IMG/VR virus record: IMGVR_UViG_3300042892_002669
Coordinates: 13,106 to 77,105 of that record
DNA: 64,000 nucleotides
Source of the DNA: a virus
Reading direction: 5' to 3' (one strand)
Shown here: one piece after another, positions 1-10,185 of the stretch
How positions within the stretch are numbered: the stretch's first letter is position 1
How the letters are laid out: the number at the start of each line of letters is the position of its first letter
Program-made: the position numbers and the translations under genes
The notes under the pieces: model-generated
Told to the model about the DNA's origin: nothing
Seen by the model: only the letters and a program-made list of their open reading frames with translations
Databases searched by the model: none

Positions 1-574
1 CAGCATCGTAGGCAGAAACGGCCGCGTATCCCAAGGCGCCAGCGCCGGCTAATGCCTTTTTTGGATTGTTCCATGCCAATTTTGCGGCATCAACTGCTCT
101 GCTGGTTGCACTGGGCGTGTTCGCAGCCAGCGCAGCTTTCGCAGCTTTAGCATCCATAGCAGCTTGAATCTGTGGGGGTATTCGTTCATTCTTTGCACTT
201 GCATTACTAAGATCGCCTTTTGTTGCGGCGGCTTTATCAGTAGCAGCCTTCTCAGTAGCAGCTTTCTCAGCAGTAGCAGCTTGGGCCGGCTTGGCCTTGG
301 CAGCAGCTGGATTAACTAATATACTTTTTCCGGTATTAGCATTAGTCGAACCAGTTGGTACTGTATTTAATTTAGCTGTTGCAGGTTTAGCTTGTACACC
401 AAATTTGGACTTAAAATTAGGGTTGTTAACTTTACCTCCACCGCCACCTCCTGGAAAACCGCCTCCACCTAAATCAGGTGACATGAATGGATCTCCCCGG
501 TGAGGGCTAGATTTTCCTAGATCACCCATGTATGTGTCGGCGTACGCCTCAGACAATATATTCTTGATCTTCAT
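1..574 (-). CDS. Hypothetical Gly/Ala-rich protein, partial (runs off window start); possible head-internal protein
   Basis: Not in ORF track. ATG at 574 overlaps the upstream stop (ATGA); reads MKIKNILSEAYADTYMGDLGKSSPHRGDPFMSPDLGGGGFPGGGGGGKV...; N-terminus resembles a T4 capsid-targeting leader. Confidence 0.75.
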   Translation of the reverse strand, partial: MKIKNILSEAYADTYMGDLGKSSPHRGDPFMSPDLGGGGFPGGGGGGKVNNPNFKSKFGVQAKPATAKLNTVPTGSTNANTGKSILVNPAAAKAKPAQAATAEKAATEKAATDKAAATKGDLSNASAKNERIPPQIQAAMDAKAAKAALAANTPSATSRAVDAAKLAWNNPKKALAGAGALGYAAVSAYDA

Positions 575-792
575 TTTCTACTACCTCTAGCGTCTAATTT
601 TTCTTCTATTCTAGCCAACTGCTGTTGTACTGCAGTTAATTTTTCATTAGTGGACTGTGCTTTAACAGTGATCACTTCTACCTTTTTGTCTAAGTCAGCC
701 ATGGCAGTGTTCATGGTCATGTATCCTGTGCCACCCAAACTACAGGCGCCGATAACTATCCAAGTCAACTGGCCGGAGCTGAAGTCTATCAT
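571..792 (-). CDS. Small membrane protein (one N-terminal TM helix plus coiled coil)
   Basis: Hydrophobic LTWIVIGACSLGGTGYM followed by a heptad-rich C-terminus; ATGA overlaps with both neighbours. Confidence 0.7.
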   Translation of the reverse strand: MIDFSSGQLTWIVIGACSLGGTGYMTMNTAMADLDKKVEVITVKAQSTNEKLTAVQQQLARIEEKLDARGSRK

Positions 793-1382
793 TTTCTAGC
801 TCCAGTGGCTGGCTTAGGAGGACGACTAACACTGGTCATTGGACTCTTGGTTTGTATGTTCTCTTTAGATTTGTTGGGCGCTGTGGGTGTTTTATCACCT
901 GCATAGTCAATAGTGACGCTTGGTTCTTTGGGTAACACTTTATCCAAATATTGATTGCCATAGTCTTTGTTTGCCTGCTCTGCGCCACTGTCAGTCTCAT
1001 ATGGACTGGTTATCAATGGGCTTGCCTGATTGGCGTATTGATCATTCTCACTGTTGATGCTGTCATCGTACTGTGAAGAAATCACTCTCACTGAGTTTAT
1101 ATTCTTACCCAACAATTGAGCCATTTGCTGAATCATTGGTTCAGTGGCAGGGTACTTGAACTCTGCTTTAAAGATATGAACTGACTCGTTTTTCAGATCA
1201 GGAAAGCCGTATGGGTCTTTCATGATGGGGATAGTTTTTGGATCGCTGACACTAACTGGATCAAATTTGTTCAAGTTGTACTTGAACATTTCAATAAAAT
1301 TCTTATCGAGATCACCTGCTATCTTAATAGTGTAATGGTATGTTCTTACACTTTCAGTTAAATATTGACGTAGACTTTTCAT
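789..1382 (-). CDS. Hypothetical phage protein, probable virion/head protein
   Basis: Likely start MKSLRQYLTES at 1382 (AGGA RBS, GATAAATA at 1403-1410); ORF track start 1412. Confidence 0.7.
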   Translation of the reverse strand: MKSLRQYLTESVRTYHYTIKIAGDLDKNFIEMFKYNLNKFDPVSVSDPKTIPIMKDPYGFPDLKNESVHIFKAEFKYPATEPMIQQMAQLLGKNINSVRVISSQYDDSINSENDQYANQASPLITSPYETDSGAEQANKDYGNQYLDKVLPKEPSVTIDYAGDKTPTAPNKSKENIQTKSPMTSVSRPPKPATGARK

Positions 1383-1401
1383 GGTTTGTTTCCTATTAGT
1401 A

Positions 1402-1893
1402 TTATTTATCACTATTGGTGTTTTTGTTTGCCAATAACATTTTCAGCAGTTCGTTTCTATCAAGTACACTGCCCGTTCCCAATGGCGTAGATTCTACTTC
1501 TTTGGTCTTTTCTGTGGTTTTTTGATCTAATGCTGCTTTTTTAAGCTGCAAGTCAATCATTTTTAACTTTTTATTCAATTTAGCTGTTTTTGCAGTGATT
1601 GCATGCCCCAACATACTGCTGGCACTGTTAAATATCTCACTGGCAAATCTGCTGTCCACTTGCATTCCCAGTTCCATCAAGTCATCAAAGCTTTCTTTGG
1701 CTAACTGTGCCAGTTCATCCATCTCAGCATCGCTGGCTTCTAACCCTCGTACCTGGGGTAATGCACTTTCTATTTTTTCTAAATTTGAATATGCCTGAGT
1801 AGTAACTTGCTCAATTGCCTGCACTTGGTCAGACTCACGCTGTGGTGCAATATCTTCTGGCAATTCAAACAATTCTGAAAGTTTCTTTGTCAT
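1402..1893 (-). CDS. Terminase small subunit (T4 gp16-like)
   Basis: Helical pattern DLMELG...SRFASEIF...ML..AI.AK..KL...DLQ and C-terminal DRNELLKML resemble gp16-like small terminases; adjacent to the gp4-like gene. Confidence 0.55.
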   Translation of the reverse strand: MTKKLSELFELPEDIAPQRESDQVQAIEQVTTQAYSNLEKIESALPQVRGLEASDAEMDELAQLAKESFDDLMELGMQVDSRFASEIFNSASSMLGHAITAKTAKLNKKLKMIDLQLKKAALDQKTTEKTKEVESTPLGTGSVLDRNELLKMLLANKNTNSDK

Positions 1894-1918
1894 ACTACTC
1901 CTATATAGTAGTATTTAT

Positions 1919-2356
1919 TTACTTTTTTTTACCATTATAAAAAATGTCGTCTTCAGTTATTACTCTAAACACCAATCCCTGACTCTTACAATATGCATGG
2001 GCTGCTTGCCATTTGGCATGATTTACTGCCACCACTGCTCGGTCAGACACACTGGCCTTTTTACTTTCAATGATACTTTGTTTTTTTGGCTTGATCTCCA
2101 CTACTTCAGCTATTTTACTTCCATATTTGTTTTGATACACTACCACAAAGTCGGGAATGTAATTTGCAATTTTGCCTGTAAGCGGATTACGATAGGGTAT
2201 TTTAATAGACTCACTGGCCCAGTTTAACACATTGGGATTGTTGTCAAGGAATGTCATGAATGTGAGTTCCCAACCTGATCTGAATCTGGGCTTGTGGTTG
2301 CCCAAATACTTTTCAGTGTTTTTCACTTCGTATATTCCCTGCGCAAAGCGTGACAT
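1919..2356 (-). CDS. Head completion nuclease (T4 gp4-like, TnsA-type PD-(D/E)XK)
   Basis: FRSGWE..FM.FLD.NPNV..WASE...IPY, Y.PDF, VEIKP, VN.AKW.AA and F.VITE motifs. Confidence 0.85.
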   Translation of the reverse strand: MSRFAQGIYEVKNTEKYLGNHKPRFRSGWELTFMTFLDNNPNVLNWASESIKIPYRNPLTGKIANYIPDFVVVYQNKYGSKIAEVVEIKPKKQSIIESKKASVSDRAVVAVNHAKWQAAHAYCKSQGLVFRVITEDDIFYNGKKK

Positions 2357-2721
2357 TATATCACTATGTTTCGTTGAATTGCTTGATTTGGTTGAGGTGC
2401 TGAGCTTACACCATATAGTGTAGCCTTTGATTTTATACTGTTAAGATAGTAGGCCATGATAGCATTCATTTCTAGGCCACTCTTGCCCTTGATCTCATCC
2501 AGCAGCGTTAACACATGGTAACCAGTCATGTCTGCTATTCTGAACAAAAAAATTGTAAAGTTAGTGGCAATAGTATTGCTGTCACTCACGCTTATAAAGT
2601 AGCTGCGAACTACGTCATACTCAGCAGCACCAATAGGTACGGTGTTGTCAAAAGCCTGCTCAAATTGTCTGGTGTCACTGTCCTGATTGGTGGTTGGTGC
2701 GCTGTCTAGTGTTTTACTCAT
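2356..2721 (-). CDS. Hypothetical protein
   Basis: 121-aa ORF, tightly packed in the tail operon with an upstream AATAAATA. Confidence 0.65.
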   Translation of the reverse strand: MSKTLDSAPTTNQDSDTRQFEQAFDNTVPIGAAEYDVVRSYFISVSDSNTIATNFTIFLFRIADMTGYHVLTLLDEIKGKSGLEMNAIMAYYLNSIKSKATLYGVSSAPQPNQAIQRNIVI

Positions 2722-2747
2722 TGTGTTACCCCAAGTGTATGTTGTAT

Positions 2748-3860
2748 TTATTTGGTGCCGTTATACACTGGGAAATTAAATGCACTGTTTCTATTGGGAG
2801 TGCCTCTGGCTGCATCTGATACTCCACCCAACAAATCACCTTTTACTGCATTGAGTAAACCACCTGATTTAAAGGTGTTGGCTGTTCTGCCTGCGGTTTG
2901 AACTGCACCCAGAATGTTGCCACTGGCCAAGTCACTGACAATTGAATCAACTCCATCAACTAGGCCGCCCTGCCCCAATATAGTACCATTGGCGCCGGCA
3001 CGTGCTATAGGACTCACTGTTTTATCATAGTGTGCAGGATTTGCAAAATCATCCAAGCTGGGATCTCGACCATCAATCGCGCCTGCTGCATACTTGACAG
3101 TTTCATACCCAATGGTCATGCTATTTTCCATTGTACCACCTGCTTCACTGTAACTGTAGGTGTCATGCTTAAAACCAGTTATCATTGGATTTATCAACGT
3201 GTACATCGATACATTGTGCTGGTTAAATCCATGTATTCTGATTGATTTAAAAAACGGCACTTTACTCATACTCAATGAGCCAGCCAACTGAGATCGTTGA
3301 TCTGCCGCGCTTTCGCCTATGTAACCCCAATCAACTGATTCCATATCATAATCATATATATTTCTTTTATTGTAATCTATTTTTTCTGGACCACGACTCA
3401 CTTGACGGCTGGAATCCATTCCCACTTTAGTGGCATCTTTATAATAGTAAGTGTAATAGTTATACCATAGTTGTCTGATCAAGTTGGCATTGTCATCATG
3501 AAACGTAATGTTGATGTCATCATACTTGATTTTAGTTTGTACAATACGCTTTCTATTGTACTGATTCATAGTGTGAGTATCAAACGTGAAGGCTGGCAAT
3601 TGAATTGTTTTTACTGCCAATCCAAATTGGTTGTCAACAGGAAATGCTGCGTTAGTGGGATCGATTAGATTGGTGTTTATATCAAAGTATACATGAAATA
3701 AAAACTTAAATTTAGGACTATATGAATAACTGTCAGTTCTAAATGTCTTTGACGCATGTTGAAAATCGCGCAGGTAGTCGTTGCCAAAGAACCCTTTGGC
3801 AACTCCACTCAACGTTCTACCTACTGAATCTCCTAATAGATTCTCGATAAATCCGGCCAT
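2748..3860 (-). CDS. Tube-fold baseplate/tail tube initiator-like protein (gp54/gp48-like)
   Basis: LAVKTIQLP.F, NQYNRKR, INITFHDD and MTIGYET tube-fold motifs; directly downstream of the tube gene. Confidence 0.6.
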   Translation of the reverse strand: MAGFIENLLGDSVGRTLSGVAKGFFGNDYLRDFQHASKTFRTDSYSYSPKFKFLFHVYFDINTNLIDPTNAAFPVDNQFGLAVKTIQLPAFTFDTHTMNQYNRKRIVQTKIKYDDINITFHDDNANLIRQLWYNYYTYYYKDATKVGMDSSRQVSRGPEKIDYNKRNIYDYDMESVDWGYIGESAADQRSQLAGSLSMSKVPFFKSIRIHGFNQHNVSMYTLINPMITGFKHDTYSYSEAGGTMENSMTIGYETVKYAAGAIDGRDPSLDDFANPAHYDKTVSPIARAGANGTILGQGGLVDGVDSIVSDLASGNILGAVQTAGRTANTFKSGGLLNAVKGDLLGGVSDAARGTPNRNSAFNFPVYNGTK

Positions 3861-3866
3861 TGAGAA

Positions 3867-4502
3867 TTATCTTCCGCCGCCGATACCAGTTACTGTAGTA
3901 CCACCGAATGCACGACCAACTTGTACGCCAACACCTGAACTTAATGGTGATTGGATTGCGTTGTCGAATCTAATTGCCAACTGCATAGTGGCCATTTCAC
4001 TTGAACCGTAGTTCAAGTTGTTATAGTTCACTGACTGCAAGAAGCAACCATATAGTTCCCATGTTTCTAGTACGTTGGGTGTTAATGTACCATTACCACC
4101 GTCTAGAACTTCGTAGTTTACCTGAAACTTATAGTCTTGTCCAGTAGCAGCACTGGCTTGCTCAACAAAGTCCATTTGTTTCTGCAATTGCTGACCTACC
4201 AATTTGGCTACGCTACCAGATGCGTCATCACGCAAGTTGATAGTAGTAGCTGCCCATTCATGTTTACCTGCCAAATACATTTTACTGTTGTAGATGTCAA
4301 TTGGAATTTCAGAGAAACTCACTGAAGGACGAGTGACATCCATTACTTGTTTGGTTAACTCTTGGGTAGAACCACCTACCCCAAAGTTTAAAAACAATGC
4401 TCTAAAACGATATTGTAGCTTGGGCATCAACAGACCTTGAGAACTAGCTGTATTATCCGCCCCTACGGTCATATTGAACAATGATTGTGATGCTGTTGCC
4501 AT
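3867..4502 (-). CDS. Tail tube protein (gp19-like)
   Basis: RP.VSF.EI, AGKHEW..TTINLRDD, ETWELYGCF..V.Y..L.Y, LAIRFDNA; follows the sheath gene. Confidence 0.85.
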   Translation of the reverse strand: MATASQSLFNMTVGADNTASSQGLLMPKLQYRFRALFLNFGVGGSTQELTKQVMDVTRPSVSFSEIPIDIYNSKMYLAGKHEWAATTINLRDDASGSVAKLVGQQLQKQMDFVEQASAATGQDYKFQVNYEVLDGGNGTLTPNVLETWELYGCFLQSVNYNNLNYGSSEMATMQLAIRFDNAIQSPLSSGVGVQVGRAFGGTTVTGIGGGR

Positions 4503-4558
4503 GTTTAAATCTCCTTAATATTATTTATCTATGAATTTATGCTCAGGTTCTGAACAAT

Positions 4559-7500
4559 TTATTGTCCAGATAATGCTGCGATTCCACCTGTGTTCAACAC
4601 ACGAACTGGAATATAGATAAATTCTGCTGCTTTTGTTGGTTCAATTGCAATGTCAATGTGCAACTCATTTCTGTCAATGACAGCAGGAGTGTTGTTAGAT
4701 CCATCACATACTACCAAGTAATCATATAAACCGCGTTTGCTAACTAAATCAACAAACAGAGTTTGTACCACTGCTGCTATCTGACTGCGTGTCAGTGCAT
4801 CATTGGGTTCAAATATGAACGGACGAGTGATTGACTGTAATCTTTCGCGGATATAGCAAATCAGGCGCGCCACATTTGTACGATCCAATGCACTACTAGT
4901 GGCTTTACTGTTCTTGTTACCATAGTTCAATAAGCCAATACCAGTGAATGATGCCAATGGATTGATTTGATTGGTGTACAGAACGTCACGAATTGCATTA
5001 CGATTCTTCACTGATTGGAATTCACCAGTCAATGCATCAATGTAACCAATACTAGTGGCGTTGTCGATAGTACCACGACGAGTACCAGCTGCTGCTAACC
5101 AAGGATAAGCGATTCTGTCATTACGTAAGAATGTACGCAGCATCATGTGACTCGCTGGCACTACTACACTTGTTCCGCCGGGTTCTGTGGCGATACCACT
5201 TGGATAGAATAAGCCCATGTACTCATCACGTGTAACCAAACCATCTTCACCTGATCCGGCAGCACCAACTGTGTTGTTGGCCCAAGCTAACAAATCAGAT
5301 GCCTGATCAGATAATCTTAGTGGAGTATCACCAATGATGTAGGCAGTGTTATTTCTCTCGTTGTTTAAGCCAACCATTTCAGGTTGCAGCTCAGGATAAC
5401 CTGGGCATGCCATTAGGTTCATGAATGTGTCTTCTTCACGAATCGCCATGTTAGTTGAAATTGCTGATTTCATTGCCACTGTTACCATGTGACGTTGAGC
5501 CTTGCGACCCATATATGGACTTCCATCAGTCTTTAGTCCACTGGCAGATACCCATGCATCAATCATGATAGGCAGCGATTGATCTGGGAAATTTGCTGCA
5601 GTAAAGTAATTGGTTCTGTATTGCTTGACATTGTACCCCGAACGGCGTGTGTTGAACAACAACATACCCTGTGGGTACAATCCTGCAGCAGGAGCATCTA
5701 AATCCAAATAGTTGCTTACCAGCAGGCTAGCAATGCTTGGAATAGGATCATTTGCTGGATCGATATCGCTAGTACTACCCCAACGAGCGTCTGCAAATAA
5801 GATACCGTCATTGGTAGTTTGATCAGTTACATCAATTTTCACCCAAGTATCTATTCCATCTGACGACTGCCAGCGATATAGTGCTGGATAGTTTTCTAAA
5901 TCGTTTGAATCTAACCATAAGTCACCGTAAGCTAGTGCAGAAACGCCATCTGACTGCACAGTTGGTGCATCTGTTGCAATTATTGGGCCGGCGCTGTCAG
6001 TGCTGTTAAGTCCACTTGAGATCGGGTTTCCTTGGTTGTCATATGCAGTGTTACGATATCCGATCCATGCACCTTGCTTTTGGATCATAATATCTACTTG
6101 ATCTATAACGCTATAGAACCAATTGGTTTTGTTTAATGGTGCCTTTGTAGGGGCGCCCTCATTGGCAGTGTATGCGATTCTGTTCCAATTGCTTGCACCC
6201 AAGTAATAACCCAAGTTAGGAGCTCCTGAAACGTATGCCACACCAATTACGCCATTGCTGTTCATGATTGGACCAACTCCAGCTACTGCAGTTGAATCCA
6301 ATTCAGTTACTGTCAATGTTAAGTCATTAGTAGGAGTAGTTCCACCCAATTGATCACCAGAAATAACTATCAGATCGCCAACTGAATAGTCAATACCAGC
6401 ACTGGTAATACCATCGATCATATATGTTTTGCCTGATGCAAACACATTGAACACCGCATTTGATCCGGCAGCGCCGCCTGTTGGACGAGTTGAGCTGGTT
6501 TGCTGTGCTGAGCTATTGGTGATGCTGGCTATGTGCCTACGACTGATGCCAGTGGTTGCACCAAGGATAAATCCTGCGGCCTCTAGTACAGCTTGATTAG
6601 AGTTGTTACCAGGTACGCTTAGTACAATCTCACCACCCAGAGTATGGGTTAGTTGTATGGCGCCACCTGCTGTAACTGCTGCTGTGGTATTTGGAATACT
6701 CGCGCCTGACCATGCAGTGACAAAATCAGCAGCAGTCTCACCTGGAATTACCAATGTGTAGGGAGTACTCAACACGGCAGAACCAACTGTTGAAACTCTG
6801 ACTACCAACTGATCGCCGTATGTAAATGTAGGATTAGTTATGGTTCCTGTTACCACTGTAGCGCCCTTAGTGGTACGCTCGTACAAGTAAACTGGGCTAC
6901 CTGGAACTGCCATGGCCATTGAGTAGTCACCAACTACGGTGCCTGCTGCAATATTCTTACCGCCTGCTCCATCTAATTGATAGTTTGCATCAGTGATGCT
7001 TGTATATAGTTTTACATTTTTCTGAACGAAGGATTCAGTAGTGCTGCTATATTGTGCTAGCACTGTGCTGATACCAGCTCCAGCTGCACTGGTCTTAATC
7101 CAAACAGATCCGGTTGGGCGTGGGCTGGTTTGCCCTGCGGTCCACATTGGCATTTCTGCTGAAGTACCGTAGGCTATGTCAGGTTGATAGTACTTGGTTG
7201 TAGAACTTAATCCCAAGTAGTCTAGGATTGTTTCTGTTGTGCCACCGTAGGTTGCTGAGCTGAATTGAATGAATGATTCTTCAGCTGGCGAGGAAGAATA
7301 TACTACTACATATTTACCGGAACTGTCTATTCCTGCACTGATTCTGTCCAATCCCAATTGATTTATGTCATTGGCAACGTCAACTGCTGTATTACCTGAA
7401 ACGGTAACTGTCACGTTATATTCGTCATTTACATTTATAGTAAAAGTGCTACCAACAATATTCAATTGCTGTGATGAGCTTAGATCGCCGCCGAAGCTAG

Positions 7501-8206
7501 CTAGTCTGATGTCGCCTGTTCCAGTGGCAGTTGGTATAGAATTTAACCATGCATCACCACCTAATCGGATCCATTGGTTAAACGAATTCTTATAAAAATA
7601 TTGTGCTTCGTTTAATGGATCAGGTAATTGTGTATATCTAGCATCAATTGCGTAGTCGCCTATATTACCTATAGTGTTCTTGGGAGTGTCACCTGACATA
7701 GAATCGTCGAGGGTTATCACAGTTGGTATCTTGTTGGTAAACTTGCCAGTTGACTGGTTGAATTCGTAAATTCCCCATGCACTTGAAGTGGTGTCTAACC
7801 AGTAGGTTCCATTTGCTGGCGCGCCAGTTGGACGTCCAACTGCTCCCACCAGGCTGGCTAGGTCAATATCTGCTCTCAGTACGTAGCAACGGTTAGTTAT
7901 ACTCATCAATGAGTATGCAGCTAATAAACCATATTCATTTAACTCGTACCCCTGAATAGGAGTTCCGTCTGTAGTCTTGTAAAAGAATGGGTTTCCGTAT
8001 AAGTTGACCAAATCACGCGATGATGATATCAGGGTTAATTTGTTAGCGTTGGCAGAGGTGGTAGCTACTGCTACGCCAGTTCCTGCTGCATTTGTCTTAT
8101 TCTGTGCAGTTGCAAGAATGATAAGTGGTACTGAATTAGAGGCTGCTGGTGCGTATTGACTTTGGTCAATGATGGTTACTTCTACGCCTGGGGATACTAA
8201 TGCCAT
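4559..8206 (-). CDS. Tail sheath protein (gp18-like), 1215 aa with large internal insertions
   Basis: MALVSPGVEVTIID N-terminus; C-terminal PWLAAAGTRRG, LYTNQINP, ALDRTNVARL, FEPND, CDGSNNTP, IEPTKAAEFIYIP. Confidence 0.95.
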   Translation of the reverse strand: MALVSPGVEVTIIDQSQYAPAASNSVPLIILATAQNKTNAAGTGVAVATTSANANKLTLISSSRDLVNLYGNPFFYKTTDGTPIQGYELNEYGLLAAYSLMSITNRCYVLRADIDLASLVGAVGRPTGAPANGTYWLDTTSSAWGIYEFNQSTGKFTNKIPTVITLDDSMSGDTPKNTIGNIGDYAIDARYTQLPDPLNEAQYFYKNSFNQWIRLGGDAWLNSIPTATGTGDIRLASFGGDLSSSQQLNIVGSTFTINVNDEYNVTVTVSGNTAVDVANDINQLGLDRISAGIDSSGKYVVVYSSSPAEESFIQFSSATYGGTTETILDYLGLSSTTKYYQPDIAYGTSAEMPMWTAGQTSPRPTGSVWIKTSAAGAGISTVLAQYSSTTESFVQKNVKLYTSITDANYQLDGAGGKNIAAGTVVGDYSMAMAVPGSPVYLYERTTKGATVVTGTITNPTFTYGDQLVVRVSTVGSAVLSTPYTLVIPGETAADFVTAWSGASIPNTTAAVTAGGAIQLTHTLGGEIVLSVPGNNSNQAVLEAAGFILGATTGISRRHIASITNSSAQQTSSTRPTGGAAGSNAVFNVFASGKTYMIDGITSAGIDYSVGDLIVISGDQLGGTTPTNDLTLTVTELDSTAVAGVGPIMNSNGVIGVAYVSGAPNLGYYLGASNWNRIAYTANEGAPTKAPLNKTNWFYSVIDQVDIMIQKQGAWIGYRNTAYDNQGNPISSGLNSTDSAGPIIATDAPTVQSDGVSALAYGDLWLDSNDLENYPALYRWQSSDGIDTWVKIDVTDQTTNDGILFADARWGSTSDIDPANDPIPSIASLLVSNYLDLDAPAAGLYPQGMLLFNTRRSGYNVKQYRTNYFTAANFPDQSLPIMIDAWVSASGLKTDGSPYMGRKAQRHMVTVAMKSAISTNMAIREEDTFMNLMACPGYPELQPEMVGLNNERNNTAYIIGDTPLRLSDQASDLLAWANNTVGAAGSGEDGLVTRDEYMGLFYPSGIATEPGGTSVVVPASHMMLRTFLRNDRIAYPWLAAAGTRRGTIDNATSIGYIDALTGEFQSVKNRNAIRDVLYTNQINPLASFTGIGLLNYGNKNSKATSSALDRTNVARLICYIRERLQSITRPFIFEPNDALTRSQIAAVVQTLFVDLVSKRGLYDYLVVCDGSNNTPAVIDRNELHIDIAIEPTKAAEFIYIPVRVLNTGGIAALSGQ

Positions 8207-8314
8207 TTTAAAATTTCCTTTATGTTATGATTTTGAGGGTTAACTCCCTGTTGATAGTATTATTTATGTTTATTTCCATAAAACACGTGGTTGCTACTCT
8301 TTATAAAGAGCTGC

Positions 8315-8322
8315 TATAAATA
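8315..8322 (+). promoter_or_regulatory. T4-type late promoter TATAAATA (representative of about 20 NATAAATA sites)
   Basis: Other copies on the minus strand at 1403, 1912, 2745, 4522, 8261, 10161, 17038, 21976, 24110, 25545, 27669, 42041, 44386, 47333, 49883, 51471; on the plus strand at 12473, 30921, 49914, 57975; all just upstream of correctly oriented genes. Confidence 0.75.
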
Positions 8323-8327
8323 ACAGT

Positions 8328-8675
8328 ATGAACCGACCCATGTGCCCAGTATGCAACAAAAATCACTGTGCTGCCAACTATTATCGCAAAGGAGTGCGGT
8401 ATTTTCGCAGTAAATGTGATGACTGTATCCGCAAGAACAAAGGCATACGCCCAGCTGTTCCTACTTGGAAGAAGCTGGGCTATACCAAAAAGACTGGCTG
8501 TGACTTATGTGGGTTTAGAAGAATATATGACAGTCAAATGGTAGTATTTCACGTTGACGGTAACTTAACTAACAATGAGTTAGTGAATCTACGTACCATT
8601 TGCTTAAATTGTATTGAAGTGGTAAAGCGCAAAGAACCTATTTGGAAGCTGGGTGATTTAGAAATTGATCCCTAA
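8328..8675 (+). CDS. Zinc-finger/HNH-like protein
   Basis: CxxC pairs and FHVDGNLTNN..NL.TICLNC; TATAAATA 5 nt upstream of the ATG. Confidence 0.7.
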   Translation: MNRPMCPVCNKNHCAANYYRKGVRYFRSKCDDCIRKNKGIRPAVPTWKKLGYTKKTGCDLCGFRRIYDSQMVVFHVDGNLTNNELVNLRTICLNCIEVVKRKEPIWKLGDLEIDP

Positions 8676-9304
8676 CAGGCCATGATAGTTTTTATCTTGG
8701 TGTGTAAATCATCTATCGTGCCATCATTTTCAATTTCATAGTCATAGTGTAATCCCACACTCATGTACTCGCTGGGGTGAATCTTGGCATCCCAAAGACG
8801 GCTCTTTGCCAGTATCCAGCCAATGTGGGCATCTCCCCTGTTGACTGCAACTGCGTCATCGTACCAAATGGGTTTAGGCCCTCGTGTGATTCTGATGGTT
8901 GTTCCGCCGGCTCGCTTGATAGCAGCAAGTTCATTGGGGAATCTGGTGTCAGTGATTACGATATCATCTTTGCTTTGTGTAATCTTGTTTTCTAGGCTGG
9001 CGATCCAAATGTCGTCATGAAAATGATTGCGAGCCACTTCAGTTCCCCAGTGCTGCAATACCCATCTGGGAGTTAGTTCAGGAATACCCAGTCGTTCACT
9101 CCACCAGGGATCAACTTGTTCTCGCCATTCACGACTGTATGTGGTGTTTCCTTCAAGTAGAGTGCGATCCCATCCAAATATATATGAGACCGCATCTTTT
9201 AATGATCCTGCAAAGCTTTCTTTTTTGAATCCATGAAATGAAGTCAGATAGTTGGCTACTGTATCTTTGCCTGAACCGATGAATCCAGTGACGCTAATAA
9301 TCAT
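8672..9304 (-). CDS. Deoxynucleoside monophosphate kinase (T4 gp1-like)
   Basis: P-loop GFIGSGKDT, FAGSLKD, R.VLQ.WGTE, ITDTRFPNE, H.SE, ENDGT. Confidence 0.92.
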   Translation of the reverse strand: MIISVTGFIGSGKDTVANYLTSFHGFKKESFAGSLKDAVSYIFGWDRTLLEGNTTYSREWREQVDPWWSERLGIPELTPRWVLQHWGTEVARNHFHDDIWIASLENKITQSKDDIVITDTRFPNELAAIKRAGGTTIRITRGPKPIWYDDAVAVNRGDAHIGWILAKSRLWDAKIHPSEYMSVGLHYDYEIENDGTIDDLHTKIKTIMAC

Positions 9305-9372
9305 ATTGCTCCCAAGTTATGTGACTATTATATCGCACAACAGCAATAATGTACAGCGTTTAGGTTACTAAA

Positions 9373-10137
9373 TTAGCCCTGAACCCAAGTCAGTGGTTGC
9401 GAATAGTCCACGTATCTGCGTAGGTCTTCCAGTAGCTGTGCTTGCAGGGCTGCACCTTCAGCTTTCAATGCAGTACCGTTCAGCGTAGTGCCGCCACCAG
9501 GTCCCACGATGCTGGCAAACTTCTCACGAGCCTCACCCAGGGTGAGTTTGAGTTGGCTGAATACCCAGTCACCTATCCAAACCCCTGATCCTGGATCTTG
9601 TAACAGTGTTGATTCAGGTTTTTGAGTATCAGCCCAAACCAATATCTTTTCTCCGGATCCCTTGGGGTCACGCACCAGTCTTATCTGTTTAGTCACTGGG
9701 TTGAATGTGAATACCACATATCCACCAAACATACGTGCAGCTAACTCAATATAGCCAGCATAAAAGTCATATGTGGCTAATCCGCCTGCATAGTTGTAGT
9801 TTAACAGATAGGTATTTAAGATTGCGCTGCTGAATGGGTCAAACGAGCTGGATGCAGGTCCTGTTTCCAGACCAATGGTTCTACGGAATACTTGTCTGAC
9901 ATTGATGAATTCATCTGGCAACGTATAAGTGTCCATTTTAGCTTCCAGTGTCAACAGAGTGTATGATTCTTCTGTTGCGTTCTGGGCGCGTTGTCTATAG
10001 ACTTTTATTGCATATTTGTACGCAGCTTCATAGTGTTCAGGATCTAATTCTAAGTCTACGATACCGTCACCCAACCTGTATCGTAGATTGTCAAATAGTT
10101 CTTGCTTTAATTCTTGAAGTGTAAGTGCTGATGCCAT
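9373..10137 (-). CDS. Neck protein (gp13-like head-tail adaptor)
   Basis: RLG...VDLELD N-terminus; LGEAREKF..I.GPGG.TTLNG.ALK.EG C-terminus. Confidence 0.8.
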   Translation of the reverse strand: MASALTLQELKQELFDNLRYRLGDGIVDLELDPEHYEAAYKYAIKVYRQRAQNATEESYTLLTLEAKMDTYTLPDEFINVRQVFRRTIGLETGPASSSFDPFSSAILNTYLLNYNYAGGLATYDFYAGYIELAARMFGGYVVFTFNPVTKQIRLVRDPKGSGEKILVWADTQKPESTLLQDPGSGVWIGDWVFSQLKLTLGEAREKFASIVGPGGGTTLNGTALKAEGAALQAQLLEDLRRYVDYSQPLTWVQG

Positions 10138-10185
10138 AGTTGTATGCCCTGTTTATACTGTATTTATCAGGCATACCAGACAAAC

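Noticed and set aside
291-503. Pro-rich plus-strand ORF
   Set aside because: Antisense of the Gly-rich stretch of the minus-strand gene starting at 574
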